Origin: Candidatus Peribacteria bacterium
Lineage (GTDB): Bacteria; Patescibacteriota; Gracilibacteria; Peribacterales; Peribacteraceae
Assembly: GCA_943357915.1 (NCBI GenBank)
Contig: CALRGQ010000001.1
Location: forward strand, 72,816-135,948
Length of the DNA stretch: 63,133 nt
Direction of reading: 5' to 3'
The notes under the pieces: model-generated
The model's database searches: none
Told to the model about the DNA's origin: nothing
What the model saw: the letters and a program-made list of their open reading frames with translations, nothing else
Shown here: in pieces, positions 55,089 to 63,133 of the stretch
Position numbering within the stretch: the first letter of the stretch is position 1
Layout of the letters: the number at the start of each line of letters is the position of its first letter
Position numbers and translations under genes: made by a program

Positions 55089-56862
55089 CAGCTTTTTTAA
55101 TGAAATAGATTTCTTCCGGCGGAGCTGCAATGCGCATTAACTCTTCTATGGTCGTCATACCTGCTTTCACTTTGTCGAGTCCGTCTTCAAAGAGGAACAT
55201 GAACCCGTGTTCGCGTGCCTTCAGGAGCAGCGTCGTGCTGTTCTTCTTCTGAACAATCAGTTCTTCCAGATCTTTATCAATTTGCAGTAATTCGTAAATG
55301 CCGATGCGTCCGCGATAACCGGTGTTACCGCAGGCTTCGCAGCCCTTGCCGCGGTAGAGGTGCACCGGCTCGGAACCCGTGAAGTAGTGTCCCGCACCCT
55401 TAAAGAGAGCGCACGCTTCTGTCGCTGGAATCGTAAAACTAAACCGACAGTTCGGACAGATTTTACGGGCGAGACGCTGGGCGACAATGACTTCCAGTGT
55501 CGATGCGAGCAAGAAAGGTTCTACTCCCATTTCGATCAAACGAGGGATGGCGGTTGCCGAATCATTGGCGTGGAGTGTCGAGAACAAGAGGTGACCGGTT
55601 AGCGCCGCGTTCACTGCGATGCTCGCTGTTTCAGCATCACGAATCTCACCAACAAGGATGATATCCGGATCCTGACGGACGAGGGCTCGTAAGCCTTTTG
55701 CAAATGTGAGCCCGGTTCCTTGGTTGATTTGGATATGATTAATACCGGGGATTTTATACTCCACGGGATCTTCAACCGTAGAAATATTCACGTCAGGGCG
55801 GTTGCGCATCTTGATGAGCCCGTACAGTGTTGTCGATTTACCTGATCCCGTTGGGCCCGTCGTGAGGATCATGCCGAAAGGTTTATTTGCTGCTGCCTCC
55901 AGAATGCTTCGGTAGAGCTCGGAAAATCCAAGGTCGGCAAGCGTCAGGTTTCGTACATATTCCGAGAGAAGACGCATCACCACTTTTTCTCCATCAACGA
56001 TGGGAATAATGGACACACGGACATCCATGGTGCCGGCGCGTGACTTGTAACGGATGGCTCCGTCTTGCGCTGCGTAGTGCTCATCGATTCTGAGATTCGC
56101 TTCGATCTTGATGCGGTTAATGATGCCTTCGTAGAACGCTTTTGGGAGTCGTCCGGCTTCATGCATGACGCCGTCGACACGGAAGCGGACGATGACATCT
56201 TTTTCTTGCGGTTCGAAGTGGATATCAGATGCCTTCAGGCCCATCGCATCTTCGAAGATTTCCTCCAGCATTTCCGGAGCGACTTTCTTCTGTTTTTCCA
56301 TGATCGACTGAAAGCGCGTGGCGAGTGGTTTGTTGTAGAGCGCAAATGTTGCACTGATTGCGTTTTTTGGTGCGTAGACGAAATGCACTTCGCCTTCGAA
56401 TTTTTTTGTGACAACTTTCGTTTCTTTCCCCCAAAAATTCTTCTTACCTGCCGCTTGTGCGGCAGCTTTACCGGTGGGAATGTAGACATGCTGACCGATG
56501 TTGGTTTTCACCGCTTCTTCCAGGCCTTCGTATCCCGGGTCTGAGGTTGCGATGGTGATCTCCTTCTCCGGTGTATAGGCAACGGCAACAGCACTCACCG
56601 TTCGGGCAAACTCTTCCGGTAGTACTTCGACGATCTCGCGGGTCGGCGATTTTCCAATCAGATCATAGAATGGCAATTTGAAGTATTCGGCAAGCGCGTT
56701 CTCGAGTAATTCCGTTGTCAGCAAACGACGTTCAAACAAGATGATCCGCAGATCAATTCGTCGTTCATCAGCTTCGCTCAAGACTGCCTTCAGCTCTTCC
56801 TCACCCAGGTAACTCTGGCTGACGAGAATTTTGCCGAGTTCTTGATTGGAAATGACAGCCAT
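55072..56862 (-). CDS. pilB: Type IV pilus assembly ATPase (PilB/GspE)
   Basis: ASDIHFEP, GPTGSGKSTT, EDPVE, RQDPDIILVGEIRD, TGHLLFSTLHAN and tetra-Cys motifs. Confidence 0.96.
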   Translation of the reverse strand: MAVISNQELGKILVSQSYLGEEELKAVLSEADERRIDLRIILFERRLLTTELLENALAEYFKLPFYDLIGKSPTREIVEVLPEEFARTVSAVAVAYTPEKEITIATSDPGYEGLEEAVKTNIGQHVYIPTGKAAAQAAGKKNFWGKETKVVTKKFEGEVHFVYAPKNAISATFALYNKPLATRFQSIMEKQKKVAPEMLEEIFEDAMGLKASDIHFEPQEKDVIVRFRVDGVMHEAGRLPKAFYEGIINRIKIEANLRIDEHYAAQDGAIRYKSRAGTMDVRVSIIPIVDGEKVVMRLLSEYVRNLTLADLGFSELYRSILEAAANKPFGMILTTGPTGSGKSTTLYGLIKMRNRPDVNISTVEDPVEYKIPGINHIQINQGTGLTFAKGLRALVRQDPDIILVGEIRDAETASIAVNAALTGHLLFSTLHANDSATAIPRLIEMGVEPFLLASTLEVIVAQRLARKICPNCRFSFTIPATEACALFKGAGHYFTGSEPVHLYRGKGCEACGNTGYRGRIGIYELLQIDKDLEELIVQKKNSTTLLLKAREHGFMFLFEDGLDKVKAGMTTIEELMRIAAPPEEIYFIKKADANTL

Positions 56863-56868
56863 ACAATA

Positions 56869-57315
56869 TTACACAACGGATTTGACGCGTTCGATAATTT
56901 CAGCGATCGGCGTATTTGATTTGACGAAGTAATCAACAGCTCCAAGCGCCTTCGTTTTAGCACGGTCTTCACTCTGTCCGAGGTTACTGATGACAATGAC
57001 TGGCACACAGAGCTTCTTATTGATCATTTCTTGTAGCACCCCAAAGCCATCCATCACCGGCATAATGAGATCCAGCAGCACGAGGTCAAACGTGTTTTTT
57101 GATAACTCCTCAATCGCATCATGGCCATTCGTGACGACCGTTGTTCCAAAGCCTTGGTTCTTGAGTTTCATTTCAAGTGCATGCGAGAGCGGCTTTTCGT
57201 CTTCGACGATCAAGATTTTTTTCCCGTTTGAGGCAGTCGGAGGCTTTGGCTCAGTAGCCGCAGGTTGCGGGGGTGCTGCCTTTTCCTCTGGTGGTGGCAT
57301 CGATTTTGGTGACAT
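56869..57315 (-). CDS. Single-domain response regulator
   Basis: ILIVEDE, LLDLIMPVMDG, ISN and GAVDYFVK motifs, with a Pro-rich N-terminal extension. Confidence 0.92.
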   Translation of the reverse strand: MSPKSMPPPEEKAAPPQPAATEPKPPTASNGKKILIVEDEKPLSHALEMKLKNQGFGTTVVTNGHDAIEELSKNTFDLVLLDLIMPVMDGFGVLQEMINKKLCVPVIVISNLGQSEDRAKTKALGAVDYFVKSNTPIAEIIERVKSVV

Positions 57316-57382
57316 AAATCTTAATATTGTAGCATAGATGAGCCACATTCACAATGTCCTGAATTACGGGTAAGCTGAATAT

Positions 57383-58927
57383 GTGTCTACTCCCGCCACA
57401 AGACGTGCGTTACTCTCTGTTGCCGATAAAGACGGCCTCATGGAATTTGCCAGTGTTTTGCATCACGCTGGCTATGAAATTCTCTCGACTGGCGGAACGG
57501 AAAAAGCGCTGAAGGATGCCGGAATCCCCGTGATATCCGCTGAAACAGTCACTAAGTTTCCTGAAGCCTTTGGTGGACGGGTAAAAACGATGCATCCGCT
57601 CATTATGGGCGGTATTCTTTTCAGGCGCGATGATGCAAGCCAGGTGGCTGAGGCTGAGGCGCTCGGTATTCGTCCTATTGATATCGTCGTTGTGAATTTG
57701 TATCCGTTTGAGAGCACGATTCGAAAAATCGGTTTTGTATCAGAACCCGGCAAAGCTCTTCCCGATGCTGCGATTGAACAGATCGATATCGGTGGTCCGA
57801 CGCTTCTCCGTAGCGCTGCGAAAAACCACTCGTCAGTGACCGTCGTGTGTAGTCCTGCCGATTATGGACGAGTGGCTGATCAGATCAAAAAATCCGGTGA
57901 GACAACTGTAGAACTTCGGCGTGAACTTGCTGCCAAGACTTTTTTGCACACGTGTGTCTATGACGCGCATATTGCCGAACAAATGGCAGGCGGTACCGCG
58001 GATGATGTGCTTTTGACGGGAGGGCGGACACTGCGATATGGCGAAAATCCGCATCAGTGGGGTAAGTTTTTTGAGATTCATGGAACGCCTCAGCAGCTCT
58101 GGAAACAGCTTCAGGGTAAGGAATTGAGCTATTTAAATATTCTCGATGGTGATGCTGCGTGGCGCATGGTCTGTGAATTCGAGCAGCCGACAGTCGTCAT
58201 GGTCAAGCATGCAAACCCCAGTGGCATCGCGTCGGATACCACGATCGAGAATGCGTTTCAAAAAGCGTATGATACGGACAGACTTTCGGCATTCGGTGTC
58301 ATCATTGCGCTTAATCGTCCGTGCACAAAAACAGTTGCCGACAAAATTATCGATCAGAAAATTTTCGTTGAGGTTATTCTTGCTCCGATGTTTGATCAAG
58401 ATGCTTTGGAACTCTTGAAAAGCAAACCGAATATTCGTTTACTCTCGATGGGCGACACGCGATTTTCTGAAAATACCGTCTACCGGTCTGCGTTTGGTGG
58501 CATGCTGGTCCAGAATGATGACGTCCGCGTGCTTGCAGCGAAAGATCTGATCTGTGTCACAAAAAAACAGCCAACGGATAGTGAAATGCGAGACCTTCTT
58601 TTTGCATGGAAAGTCGTGAAACATGCAAAATCCAACGCCATTGTTCTCGCAAAAAACGCAACGACTGTCGGCATCGGATGTGGGCAAACGAGCCGAGTGG
58701 ACGCGACGTGGATTGCACTCAAGCGAGCCCAAGAACAAGCCAAAAACTCGGTACTCGCTTCCGATGCATTCTTCCCGTTTCCGGACGCCATCGAAGAAGC
58801 GGCGAAGCAGGGGATTTCAGCCGTCATTCAGCCAGGAGGATCCGTCCGCGATGCTGACGTCTTCAAACGTGCGGATGAACTAGGACTTGCGATGGTGCTG
58901 ACGGGGGTGAGGGCTTTCCGACATTAG
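57383..58927 (+). CDS. purH: Bifunctional AICAR formyltransferase / IMP cyclohydrolase
   Basis: ALLSVADK, GRVKTMHP, IDIGGP, LRYGENPHQ, KHANP, ASDAFFPF and QPGGSVRD motifs. Confidence 0.98.
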   Translation: MSTPATRRALLSVADKDGLMEFASVLHHAGYEILSTGGTEKALKDAGIPVISAETVTKFPEAFGGRVKTMHPLIMGGILFRRDDASQVAEAEALGIRPIDIVVVNLYPFESTIRKIGFVSEPGKALPDAAIEQIDIGGPTLLRSAAKNHSSVTVVCSPADYGRVADQIKKSGETTVELRRELAAKTFLHTCVYDAHIAEQMAGGTADDVLLTGGRTLRYGENPHQWGKFFEIHGTPQQLWKQLQGKELSYLNILDGDAAWRMVCEFEQPTVVMVKHANPSGIASDTTIENAFQKAYDTDRLSAFGVIIALNRPCTKTVADKIIDQKIFVEVILAPMFDQDALELLKSKPNIRLLSMGDTRFSENTVYRSAFGGMLVQNDDVRVLAAKDLICVTKKQPTDSEMRDLLFAWKVVKHAKSNAIVLAKNATTVGIGCGQTSRVDATWIALKRAQEQAKNSVLASDAFFPFPDAIEEAAKQGISAVIQPGGSVRDADVFKRADELGLAMVLTGVRAFRH

Positions 58928-58987
58928 TTCTCGATATGTCCCGCAAAAACGCGGGACTACTCGAACTGACAGAGCCTGCTTGTAAAC

Positions 58988-59018
58988 AAAAAAAACCTCC
59001 CCGCGATTCGAGGAGGTT
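58988..59018 (-). terminator. Intrinsic terminator for the minus-strand small ORF
   Basis: AACCTCCTCG-AATCG-CGGGGAGGTT followed by a T run. Confidence 0.75.
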
Positions 59019-59040
59019 GCTTCATCATGTGTGCATTACG

Positions 59041-59244
59041 TTACGCTGCTTTTCTATCAAGAGAGATTTTGGTGCCTACGTCCTCAGAATCTTCAATATC
59101 ATCAATTATCGCCACTGCCGAACTTTGCACGTCTGACCGAGCTGCATCGACAGTTGGAAACGGTAGGATATCGCTAGCATCTGGTGTCTTTTTCATAGCA
59201 TCGCCAACCTCTACTGCCTGTAGGTTTTCAGTTTCATGTGTCAT
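59041..59244 (-). CDS. Small acidic hypothetical protein (67 aa)
   Basis: ATG-started ORF directly followed by a terminator on the same strand. Confidence 0.55.
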   Translation of the reverse strand: MTHETENLQAVEVGDAMKKTPDASDILPFPTVDAARSDVQSSAVAIIDDIEDSEDVGTKISLDRKAA

Positions 59245-59452
59245 GGGGATTCGGGGGAAAAGTAAGATCTACGCTAATTATCGTCCGATCAACAAAGCTG
59301 TCAACAAAATCGTGCTTAAAAGAACTGCAGGTAGGAAAAAAGTTGCAAAATTTTTAGGAAAGGGGAGCATGTGTAGTTAACTACCCAATCTTCTTATTCC
59401 AGAACCGGAACCAGAATTCCTAGATCCTACTCCTCCTGCAAGCAGCCAAAGA

Positions 59453-59662
59453 TTGGTTCAAGGACGTCTTAAGGAGCAACAGGCTCGCACGACGATGTCT
59501 GTCAGAGAATCTTTAGAACAAGGATCATCCTTTGGCATAGAAAACCTTTCTTCAGATACTACTAGTAACGATTCCAGCATTCTTTCCGAAAGACAAATAG
59601 CACTCTTAGAAGCCGGATACATTCCTCGTCACTATGACACTCCTGATCCAAGTTTTATGTAA
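59453..59662 (+). CDS. Possible small hypothetical protein
   Basis: The frame is open from 59381, the start is uncertain, and no motif is recognised. Confidence 0.3.
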   Translation: MVQGRLKEQQARTTMSVRESLEQGSSFGIENLSSDTTSNDSSILSERQIALLEAGYIPRHYDTPDPSFM

Positions 59663-59678
59663 TTTGCGCTGTTACGTA

Positions 59679-60077
59679 CTACCGAAGCAACGGACAATCT
59701 CCCGCGACACTCTTCACCTGCTCTGGCGTACCGATGACGCCAAGGCCGATGATCGTGACTTCGGACGCGGATTTCCCCGTTACGCGTTCAACGTATGCTT
59801 CGTAACTCGTGGTTGTCTGACCTTCTTTCGTGAACAGCATGTACTTCACACCTGCGTTCTTGGCACGTTCAAAAAGTTCCAGCAATGTTCGGCTTCCGCG
59901 TTTGAGAATTGGAATGCCGATTTTGGTGATGGGTATAAAAGTGCAGTCGCTACCGTCGATGCTTGGCCCGAGCACATCATCTTCTTGGTTGAAAAGTCCG
60001 GTGACAATGCAGACGGCAGCATTTGCGAGCAGGCCGACGGGGAGTGTTTCATCCAGGATGATGGCGGCTTTTTTCAT
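59679..60077 (-). CDS. DUF2000 family protein (PTH2-like fold)
   Basis: KAAIILDETLPVGLLANAA, IPILK, Q...YE.Y and GLGVIG...V....G...LLR. Confidence 0.8.
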   Translation of the reverse strand: MKKAAIILDETLPVGLLANAAVCIVTGLFNQEDDVLGPSIDGSDCTFIPITKIGIPILKRGSRTLLELFERAKNAGVKYMLFTKEGQTTTSYEAYVERVTGKSASEVTIIGLGVIGTPEQVKSVAGDCPLLR

Positions 60078-60116
60078 GCCTTTATCGTACTGGAATTAAG
60101 TTATAATTACTTCTCT

Positions 60117-60827
60117 ATGACCTTCTGTATTTATTGTGGCGGTACAACCGACTTAACAAAAGACCATGTGCCACCTCAGAGTTTTTATCCAAAAGTTAAT
60201 TTAAATAAATCAAAATTTTGGGTACCAGCATGCAAAAAATGCAACAATGGTTTTTCTCATGACGATGAATTTTTATTCGTGCATTTGTTACGTGGAGCTT
60301 CCAATCCTCATCCCGAATTGAAGGAGAGACTAAAGAGGGCAATGGATCATCAAAAAAAACTAAGTGCAACTATTGCTGCAAAGACAGTTTTCCATGTTAC
60401 TAGCTCAAGCAATACACCTTTAGGAGTATCTGCAACTGACATGTCTTCTAGGGATATTGAAAGAATCCATCAATCAATAGCAAGAATTGTGGTCGGATTA
60501 AATTTTATTTTGTTGGGAGCACCTATGAATAGAAGGACTCAGTTTACAATCGGTTTTATTGACGAGACTAAAGCGAGAAAACTAGAGGATATTCCGTTTC
60601 CTTTGCCAGCTCCGATCCATGAGATAGTCGATGGAACAATTTTGCGAGTAAAAGGATTTCATGTACCACATAAAGCAAGTACGGCCATGTGGTTTTTAGA
60701 ATTTTATAACTCTAAAAACTTCTTCGTTGAAGCACTTGATCCGGATATTGCTTTGAAGGAAGGTAGCTTAGATGAGAATTTTACAACCAAGAAACGTCCT
60801 GGCCCCGACTGGTTAAACTATCGCTAA
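60117..60827 (+). CDS. HNH endonuclease domain protein
   Basis: CIYCG...TKDHVPP...VPACKKCNN. ATG 9 nt after TATAAT; AT-rich. Confidence 0.85.
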   Translation: MTFCIYCGGTTDLTKDHVPPQSFYPKVNLNKSKFWVPACKKCNNGFSHDDEFLFVHLLRGASNPHPELKERLKRAMDHQKKLSATIAAKTVFHVTSSSNTPLGVSATDMSSRDIERIHQSIARIVVGLNFILLGAPMNRRTQFTIGFIDETKARKLEDIPFPLPAPIHEIVDGTILRVKGFHVPHKASTAMWFLEFYNSKNFFVEALDPDIALKEGSLDENFTTKKRPGPDWLNYR

Positions 60828-60830
60828 TAT

Positions 60831-62234
60831 ATGTCCAAGCCCATTTTCTCTGGCCTCTCCCGCTCCGTCTTCGATGACGCAAATCCGTCGCCGTACGCCG
60901 ATGGCATCAAGAAAGGCCTGGATGAAGCGCTCGTGCGGCAGATCAGTACTGATAAAAACGAGCCTGAGTGGATGCTTGAGATCAGGCTGAAGAGCCTCAA
61001 GATTTTTCGAGAAAAAGAGATGCCCACGTGGGGCGCGGATTTATCAAAACTTGATCTCGATAATATTATTTATTACGCAAAGTCAGGTGCCGGATCTGAT
61101 ACGGATGATTGGGGTGAGGTGCCTGAGGAAATCCGGAAGGTCTATGACAGACTCGGCATTCCGGAAGCTGAACGCAAGATGCTCGCTGGAGTTGGTGCGC
61201 AGTATGAGAGCGAGATGGTGTATCACAAATTGAAAGATCAATGGGAAAAGCTTGGCGTGATTTTTCTTGATATGGATGTAGCGGTGCAAAAACATCCAGA
61301 GCTCGTGAAAGAATATTTCATGAAGTGCGTGCCGCCGTCGGACCACAAATTCGCCGCACTACACGGAGCCGTGTGGAGTGGGGGAACGTTTTTGTACGTG
61401 CCGAAGAATGTCAAAATTTCAGAACCTCTGCAGGCCTATTTCCGCATGAATGCCAAGAACATGGGCCAGTTCGAACACACGCTCATCATCGTGGAAGATG
61501 GCGGAAATGCACATTATATTGAGGGTTGCAGCGCGCCGAAATATGGCTCGCAAGGTCTGCATGCGGGGCTCGTCGAGATCTTCGTGAAAGAAGGCGCCAC
61601 GTGCAGATACAGCTCGGTCGAAAACTGGAGCCGTGATACGTACAACCTGAATACCAAGCGCGCGATCGTGCAGAAGGACGGAACGATGGAGTGGATCGGT
61701 GGCAATATGGGCTCAGGCGTGACGATGCTCTATCCGTGCTCTGTCCTCGTCGGCGAAGGCGCCCGGTGTGACCACATGGCCCTTGCTTTCGCGAATAAAG
61801 GCCAATGGCAAGACACCGGTGCGAAGGTCCTGCACATGGCGCCGCATACTTCTAGCAAAGTCATCAGCAAGTCGGTCAGTAAAGACGGCGGTTGTGCCGT
61901 GTATCGTGGGCTCCTCAAGATCGCACCACACGCACATGACTGTATCGCGAATATCGAATGTGATGCACTGCTTTTAGACGAAGCCAGCCGCACGGATACG
62001 ATCCCCGATATTCAGGTACGCAATAATGACGTAACGATCGCGCATGAAGCGACGGTAGGGAAGCTGAGTGAAGAAGATATGTTCTACTTGATGAGTCGTG
62101 GGATTGCAGAAGAAGAGGCGAGGGCAATGATCGTGAACGGATTCATCGAGCCTATTGTACGGCTTTTACCGCTGGAATATGCGGTGGAAATGAATCGCCT
62201 CATCGAGATGGAAATGGAGGGATCTGTTGGTTAA
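60831..62234 (+). CDS. sufB: Fe-S cluster assembly protein SufB
   Basis: LGIPEAER, AQYESE, VWSGG.F.YVP, GQFEHTLI, YIEGCSAP, HEATVGK and LPLEYAVE motifs. Confidence 0.97.
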   Translation: MSKPIFSGLSRSVFDDANPSPYADGIKKGLDEALVRQISTDKNEPEWMLEIRLKSLKIFREKEMPTWGADLSKLDLDNIIYYAKSGAGSDTDDWGEVPEEIRKVYDRLGIPEAERKMLAGVGAQYESEMVYHKLKDQWEKLGVIFLDMDVAVQKHPELVKEYFMKCVPPSDHKFAALHGAVWSGGTFLYVPKNVKISEPLQAYFRMNAKNMGQFEHTLIIVEDGGNAHYIEGCSAPKYGSQGLHAGLVEIFVKEGATCRYSSVENWSRDTYNLNTKRAIVQKDGTMEWIGGNMGSGVTMLYPCSVLVGEGARCDHMALAFANKGQWQDTGAKVLHMAPHTSSKVISKSVSKDGGCAVYRGLLKIAPHAHDCIANIECDALLLDEASRTDTIPDIQVRNNDVTIAHEATVGKLSEEDMFYLMSRGIAEEEARAMIVNGFIEPIVRLLPLEYAVEMNRLIEMEMEGSVG

Positions 62235-62392
62235 ATGGCCTGTCGGCCGAAGTCCCGCGGATGCGGGACGAAGGATGAAGATGGAGGGAAGTGTGGGGTA
62301 GTGAAAAACTAAAAATTCACCATCGCGTAACTCATAGCGAAACTGAGTAAATCAATCTATTGAGTTCGATATCTGTAAATTGCCTAGCTCGC

Positions 62393-62985
62393 CTATGACT
62401 TTGCTAGTCTCCGTTTATAATATTCTTCATCAGCCCGAACTTCCGTTATTTTATACCCGTCGTATTCCTTAACAGACCTAATTTGATCTGGATTGTGTCG
62501 GACGAAGCGCACATTTTTACCGTGTTGGAATCTTTTGCCAATAGATTCTTCCCATAACTCTCCTAATGCAGTACGTCTCTGATAAAAAGGGGTATCATGC
62601 TTTTTGGGCTCAGCTAGCAATGATTGTATCTCTAAAATAATTTTATCTTCCGCTTCAGGCCTGACACACATAAGCCAAGCGAAAGAAACCCCTCCAAGAA
62701 ATAAGTCAGTATAGATCGCTTGTCGCTCTGCATTTGTGAGTGATTGTAAAAAGCTTGCCATTTTGAGGGACTCGATTCCTTCCTCTGCATTTATGACTTG
62801 CCATAACGCATCTCGTACGCGGAAAGCCTTATCATCTACTTCCCAGTGGCTTGTTTTCATTGGTTCTACCTCTGGTATTTTAAAGTCTTCTAACGTCGGC
62901 CTTATAGCCTGAGGGGGTGAACCAAGAGTTATCTTTCCATTGAATGGGTCTATAGATCCATCTACACGAAAGTCGGCAGTGAAAC
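62393..62985 (-). CDS. Hypothetical protein, 5' end uncertain (probably interrupted by or abutting IS30)
   Basis: AT-rich ORF whose predicted N-terminus overlaps the putative IS30 left end. Confidence 0.5.
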
Positions 62986-63133
62986 CCCTGCTGACCTTTG
63001 AAGTGCACCACCTGAGGTGAGGAACTACCCTCATCTCCTATGACCTATCATCACTTCACTCCAACAGAGCAGTTGGAATTGGAAATTCTTCTGAAACGCG
63101 GATATTCCAATCGAGCAATTGCTCGAACATTCG
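62985..63133 (+). mobile_element. IS30-family insertion sequence, left end and transposase N-terminus (CDS from 63040, truncated)
   Basis: MTYHHFTPTEQLELEILLKRGYSNRAIARTF matches the IS30 N-terminal HTH pattern. AAGTGCACCACC upstream resembles the inner end of IS30-family IRs. Left boundary approximate. Confidence 0.75.

Noticed and set aside
59634-60827. 397 aa HNH fusion protein as given in the ORF track
   Set aside because: The first 160 codons are antisense to DUF2000. The HNH protein begins at ATG 60117 after a TATAAT.

Overview
A 63 kb chromosomal segment of a CPR/Patescibacteria bacterium, most likely Peregrinibacteria/Peribacteria. This is inferred from pyrB, pyrC and purH alongside a CPR-style type IV pilus locus, near absence of Shine-Dalgarno sites, and standard code 11 with TGA stops. 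Core genes include pyrC, pyrB, smpB, recR, sufC, sufB, holB, secA, tsaB, nusA, rnpB, tRNA-Thr(TGT), a Fur/Zur regulator with a ZIP transporter, purH, and a pilB-pilC-pilin cluster flanked by a response regulator and a histidine kinase. Main observations: (1) Three unannotated Met-rich leader peptides (MSTLRTSGMMMDMMRLARGSLIA, MTTLRPTTMMMSMMMRLARGLVAA, MNHHSFSSGLITNRVMAMMCMCMRVPRETKA) each have a terminator/antiterminator pair, and two of them are in tandem. They precede a DUF62 SAM-hydrolase-like gene and an operon of small protein, flavoprotein and MsrC, which suggests a methionine-sensing attenuation regulon for Met salvage. (2) Accessory cassettes are stacked between convergent core genes (recR/SIMPL and tRNA-Thr/fur), with diverged copies of the 3' ends of those core genes left between them. 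(3) A secreted protein carries a C-terminal copy of the major pilin head domain. (4) A 1039 aa protein ends in a caspase-like domain and lies next to a 2027 aa modular TPR/LRR-like protein. (5) Two candidate small RNAs have near-consensus promoters. (6) REP-like palindromes and heptamer repeats are inserted in frame in genes. The window ends inside an IS30-family transposase. All calls come from reading the sequence by eye; no searches or folding programs were run.
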